The notes under the pieces: generated by a model
Told to the model about the DNA's origin: nothing
The model's input: the letters and a program-made list of their open reading frames with translations, nothing else
Database searches by the model: none
Made by a program: the position numbers and the translations under genes
DNA from: an uncultured virus (IMG/VR IMGVR_UViG_3300027976_000023)
Taxonomy: Duplodnaviria > Heunggongvirae > Uroviricota > Caudoviricetes
IMG/VR virus record: IMGVR_UViG_3300027976_000023
Reading direction: 5' to 3' (one strand)
Length of the DNA: 64,000 nucleotides
Shown here: in pieces, positions 60,701-64,000 of the stretch
How positions within the stretch are numbered: the stretch's first letter is position 1
Layout of the letters: the number at the start of each line of letters is the position of its first letter

Positions 60701-60875
60701 TTTTAGATAAATCTATAGGTAAAAACCACGATCTTTTTGTCTCCAAAAATGGGGATAATGAACTAGCTTGATACCTCATGTTTGTCACTACATTAGTTTC
60801 AATTGGCGCATCAACTGGTTCTATTAATTTTGCGTTTAACGATGATGTTTTTATTTTAGCCCTTAATATTGTCAT
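57708..60875 (-). CDS. large structural protein containing a Bacteroidota-type beta-propeller
   Basis: NWFFGENAGL..STQSSIIIPQP..YGLEFS..GALQMG..GLPN. Confidence 0.65.
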   Translation of the reverse strand: MTILRAKIKTSSLNAKLIEPVDAPIETNVVTNMRYQASSLSPFLETKRSWFLPIDLSKIETIFTYSPPPKSGQSIFRNRQSEQLIPLIFKGDKSEDGVLQTTVYTIVNNGTVCGSGVDDCIVYFTYEDEYGNTISSNLNLSGSGSVSFCSSSLPVVTSLVTTCSYPFTSTITSSVDKCGILSPTITANNQILYIDNGKKYQFLSSRNESKNYGWEPISNEELYPHVERSDFDSFDFPQVTITGTRKIPTSSADTLCGPVTYTGYTYDRLNYNWFFGENAGLTFDPIQSGGTPTPLSGSMVSQEGVSSISNKEGKLIFYTNGETVYTSGNTVMSNGSGLVSSGTSTQSSIIIPQPGNNNNYYIFTTDYNGSPNGFEYSIVNMRLQGGFGQVETKNNRLINLPLTEKVTACSHSTEDAYWVITHTSGDTSFYSYKVSSVGLSGPIITNIGSTHNTARGYMKTSPDCTKLISVLYDEDIIDIFDFEASDGTLSNFVSITGKTFDVGPYGLEFSSDSSKFYVSEGAGEKIYQYDLSYTAATEILNNEIEVGNISGSSLGALQMGADEKVYVADLGKNYLHTIHRPNGLGVQCNFQENAFNLSSTTVTGTTSNWGLPNIITDKAISCDRYVYITPLNRIGFNFNILVNNVNGVVTPKKLSYYGEVYKYDQGTEKFTTSALQTFTIPYENLSGNTGNTITLNIDSIGEGEFLIKSYWDYNVNTLIAKQQNTRLSTLSTYKRGKLYGLYVPETDWYFINMFEASIPQFNSSVAPNIGGINNLVVSTQFTESGKTDYSIQGLSDPIVSYNGAVLAKNIEYSAVTGTFSGTPTPFIRLLFTPLDNQVLTYAYVDNGNSNDLFADLYTVSTIISSGGTGTQLETDRVYYNTTHSKYEFYLINNPSSNVVLSINGAILSPNVEYTQSFSNLRRIILENNLNNGDIIEAFYTPSNAIIGGISTNSPLISWSIVTNPTNNDGKFTIEVTDVNDTSFTNIIYSEEVSYIIGQKTYSKIITLTNARAGDKFIYRVKNEKFYTPIIGEIIYSVSYSDTTPIEILTNSGITY

Positions 60876-60889
60876 TTCTTATAAATATG

Positions 60890-63800
60890 TTAAATACAAT
60901 TATGTATTAATTCTGTGTTATAAAATGGTCCATCTGGATACCAATCAGAGTCACCTAAAATTATAACATTACCCTCGAACTCATTCGTATCGTAAATTTG
61001 AGTTATAAATGCTGTACTCTCTTCTTTAGTTTTTAACATATAAGACTTTCTTATACATTTACTTAAATTACTTCTTACATTAGCAATGAATGTCCTTTGT
61101 CTTTCATAGTTGGTAGTACCAGGTGTGAAATTAGATAAAGTATTTTGTGCATTCACCAAAGACTCTGTTAAACCACTACAAGATGAGAATTTAGAATAAT
61201 AATCTTGTTGTTGTACTATGTAATCATTTTGTTGTTGTTCTAAAAGAATTAATAAGTTAGATAAATTTGTTTGTTGTGAGATTAAAATCACATTTGTACC
61301 ACTGATTTGTATATTTAAACTATCTTTATTAATTTCTAAATTATCAGTATCAATATCTTGTAAATTTAATGAACATAATTGTTTATTTAATTGTTTTAAT
61401 TGTTTTTGTGTTGACGATACTAAAACTTTAGTAGTTAATATATTATTTTTAGTTTCTTTTATTTCTACATTTGTAGGGTATAACGGTATTTGTTCTAAAA
61501 CCGCATATACTTCTTGTGAACCAATACTAAAATCGGTTTTACCACTAACACTACAATGTCCACCACAAAGTACATTTAAATTATATTTTTTATATTCGTA
61601 TTTGTTTTGATCAAAAATTGTGTTTCTATAGATTTTACCAGAATTATCACAACCTTCCCATATTGTTGTCGCTGGGACAACTTGTTCCAATAAATCTAAC
61701 CAATAGTCACCTATTTTATCCATAAATTCAAATAGATTATTGTAGGTAAGTTTACCAGTGAACTCTTCACCACAGTTATTGGCGGTTAAATATAGTTGGT
61801 AGAATAATCTTAATAGTGGATAATCACTTATAGTTTGTCTACTCTTAGCATCGATAAGATTACTTAACACCATAGTGTCAAAATTATCTTTAATGTTAAT
61901 TTCTGAAGGTAGTGAATCTAAAAAGGATATTGGATTAACACATACCCCCACAGTCGTACCAGTTGTTATACCAGATAAACAATCTTCCCTACTTATAACT
62001 TTTTTAGTTCCATAATATTCACAATCACCCTTACAACTGTTAATTTCTTTCCAATTGCACGAACTCGTTGTAGTGTCCCATACATATTTTTTACCAATTC
62101 CTAACCCTAACGTACCTTCATCATTTATTAAACCATTTAAAGTTGTACAACATTCTAATGTTATACCAGTTGTTTGGTTAAATGTTTGAGCCGTTATACC
62201 ACTTAAAACTTCAGTTAATACACCTCCACTATATGGTGTAGTACCACTATAAAGGTAACTCTCATAAAAAGATATAGTACCATCATTATTTTCAGTAATT
62301 AAACCGAATAAGTTATCTAAATTGCTGTTATTATTGATTACTATAGTATCACTTCCACAATTATTTTTTTGTATATAAAATTTAGATAGACTTCCACCCT
62401 TCTTTAATAAGTCATAATAACTAGCGTTTAATGAATTGTTATAGTCAGCGGTTAATGTATAGTAATCATTTTTCAACTCTAACACTTGATTAGTTAATAT
62501 TGTAGTATATGTATCACAACTAAATGATATACCAACAGTGGATGCTGAAACATCTAAGGTGTAGTCATCTAACGTTGTAGAACTATATACTTGACCACTA
62601 AATACAATAGTTTCACCAGAAGTACAACTAGTAGGACATTCGTCACAATCTATGTTTTTCCAAAAGTTGTAAACATCACATTCTATTGATTTAGCTGGGT
62701 CAATACTAAAAGAAGTATTTTTTACGTTTATTATTAAATCTGAATGGTGAACATCATAATTAGTGTACCTATATTCTAAATTTGTCCACAATCTTTCTTC
62801 AGGTGTAGTTAATTTGGTTATAGTGGTATTATTTGATGAATCTACGTTACATTCACCATCAGGGTAAATAGTGTTTGTTACAACACCTTTATCCGTATAT
62901 ACCCAAGACTTCTTATTATCAATAATACAACTTAATTGTGGTACTAAACAATCATTTAATGTGATTAGTCGATTTGTTTTACAATCAGTAACATTAACTC
63001 GGATATTATCAACTAGTAAACAAACAGAACATTCATAATTTTCAATCTCTATTGAAAAGAAAAATTCTTTATTAGGGTATAACCTCCTTAAATCATCACA
63101 CACACATTCTGGTATAGTATAGTTAAGTGTTTGCCAATTAGGTTCGAACATATCGGGTGAAAAATCAACATTTTGTGAAGCCAATGCGTCAAATATCGAA
63201 TCTTCAATAGTTGCAATATTTATTTCACTACCTGATAATATTACACCACTATACTGTTGCGTTGGGTCCCAGGCCCAAATAGGGTTAATGGATTGTGTAT
63301 ATGGTAAATATGTTAAATCTGTATCGATATTAGTATTAGTATCTATACTAGTATTGTTTACAAATAATTTAAAATTAATTTTTAAATCATCCAGATATTT
63401 CAAATAATTTTGTTGTTCAATAACTAAGAAATTTTCATAGTTTTGGTTTAGGGTGTTTAACCACACACTATAACATTTTTCAGTAGAAGTCTCAATATCA
63501 CTTAATACTGATTCTATTTGAGTCAATGTATTATTTAATTCGTTAAATATTTCTAAAGTACAACAATCTACATCACCATTAGGTGATATAAATCCTTTAG
63601 GGTAACAACCGTAATCTGTCCACTCAACGTCAAAACCTAACACTGATTTAGTACAACACTCTACACCTAATGGGGTACCATTAAATGTTATTTGACCTAT
63701 AGGGTTGGCGGATTGTCCGAAACCTATATTACCTGGTGTTGGACAACAATCTACATCACCATTAGGTGGTACATCACCATTAGGTGATATAAATCCTTTA

Positions 63801-64000
63801 GGGTAACAACCGTTACCTACCCACTCAACGTTAAAACCTAATACCGATTTAGTGCAACAGTCTATACCTAATGGGATACCATTAAATGTTATTTGACCTA
63901 TAGGGTTGGTGGATTGTCCGAAACCTATATTACCTGGTGTTGGACACCTTTTTGTACCACCTATTGTACCTATAATAGCACTTTTACTAATATTCTCATT
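60890..64000 (-). CDS. large Cys-rich structural protein, 5' end beyond window
   Basis: frame stays open from 63643 to 64000 on manual check. Confidence 0.75.
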   Translation of the reverse strand, partial: NENISKSAIIGTIGGTKRCPTPGNIGFGQSTNPIGQITFNGIPLGIDCCTKSVLGFNVEWVGNGCYPKGFISPNGDVPPNGDVDCCPTPGNIGFGQSANPIGQITFNGTPLGVECCTKSVLGFDVEWTDYGCYPKGFISPNGDVDCCTLEIFNELNNTLTQIESVLSDIETSTEKCYSVWLNTLNQNYENFLVIEQQNYLKYLDDLKINFKLFVNNTSIDTNTNIDTDLTYLPYTQSINPIWAWDPTQQYSGVILSGSEINIATIEDSIFDALASQNVDFSPDMFEPNWQTLNYTIPECVCDDLRRLYPNKEFFFSIEIENYECSVCLLVDNIRVNVTDCKTNRLITLNDCLVPQLSCIIDNKKSWVYTDKGVVTNTIYPDGECNVDSSNNTTITKLTTPEERLWTNLEYRYTNYDVHHSDLIINVKNTSFSIDPAKSIECDVYNFWKNIDCDECPTSCTSGETIVFSGQVYSSTTLDDYTLDVSASTVGISFSCDTYTTILTNQVLELKNDYYTLTADYNNSLNASYYDLLKKGGSLSKFYIQKNNCGSDTIVINNNSNLDNLFGLITENNDGTISFYESYLYSGTTPYSGGVLTEVLSGITAQTFNQTTGITLECCTTLNGLINDEGTLGLGIGKKYVWDTTTSSCNWKEINSCKGDCEYYGTKKVISREDCLSGITTGTTVGVCVNPISFLDSLPSEINIKDNFDTMVLSNLIDAKSRQTISDYPLLRLFYQLYLTANNCGEEFTGKLTYNNLFEFMDKIGDYWLDLLEQVVPATTIWEGCDNSGKIYRNTIFDQNKYEYKKYNLNVLCGGHCSVSGKTDFSIGSQEVYAVLEQIPLYPTNVEIKETKNNILTTKVLVSSTQKQLKQLNKQLCSLNLQDIDTDNLEINKDSLNIQISGTNVILISQQTNLSNLLILLEQQQNDYIVQQQDYYSKFSSCSGLTESLVNAQNTLSNFTPGTTNYERQRTFIANVRSNLSKCIRKSYMLKTKEESTAFITQIYDTNEFEGNVIILGDSDWYPDGPFYNTELIHNCI
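63560..63946. repeat. in-frame tandem duplication, 183 bp + 201 bp units
   Basis: CPTPGNIGFGQS..CCTKSVLGF..GCYPKGFISPNGDV twice; one unit has an extra 18 bp. Confidence 0.92.

Noticed and set aside
914..60966. Many short ORFs antisense to or nested in longer genes (e.g. 13250-13795, 8690-9106, 31190-31567, 41102-41479)
   Set aside because: They shadow well-supported genes and have the Ser/Leu/Ile/Phe-rich composition of antisense frames.
63560..63946. Diversity-generating retroelement template/variable repeat pair
   Set aside because: Both copies are in frame within one gene, differences are not confined to adenines, and no reverse transcriptase is present in the window.
1..64000. Stop-codon reassignment, as in some large phages
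   Set aside because: Recognisable genes are full length in the standard code and end at TAA, TAG or TGA; the TCT tRNA is Arg, not a suppressor.
1..64000. CRISPR array or cas genes
   Set aside because: No regularly spaced short repeats seen; the 4.9-6.1 kb repeats are coding and ~600 bp apart; the 47.6 kb exonuclease lacks the Cas4 cysteine cluster pattern.
1..64000. Bacterial chromosome origin because of dnaJ, trxA, slyD, cca, tdk and sigma
   Set aside because: No bacterial operon context; host-like genes are interspersed with many small unknown ORFs, phage-type primase and nucleases and large structural genes on one strand.

Overview
An AT-rich, densely coding segment, almost entirely on the minus strand, best read as part of a large (jumbo-type) tailed phage genome using the standard genetic code. 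A Bacteroidota host is inferred from repeated TTTG-N19/20-TAnnTTTG promoters, an Hc1-type histone-like gene and a Bacteroidota-type beta-propeller domain. Left half: accessory and host-like genes (M20/M28 peptidase, M23 peptidase, thioredoxin, SlyD, HD hydrolase, CCA/poly(A) nucleotidyltransferase, sulfatase, LOG, GH16, two DNA methyltransferases, DnaJ, DUF2828/TROVE-like protein), many small ORFs and one tRNA. Middle: probable virion-associated and lysis genes. Right: sigma factor, SbcCD/gp46-47-like nuclease, exonuclease, thymidine kinase, a second tRNA, primase, RuvC-like resolvase and large structural genes. Main candidates for novelty: (1) a DUF2828/TROVE-like vWA gene followed by two tandem structured non-coding RNAs sharing an end-helix motif; (2) a shared N-terminal leader (MKIxxTExQYKxL..E) on unrelated cargo domains, also present as a stand-alone 25-aa ORF; (3) attC-like palindromes between small ORFs at 17.6-18.6 kb; (4) an orphan ~213-nt structured RNA at 12 kb. 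All calls come from reading motifs by eye; no searches or folding programs were run.
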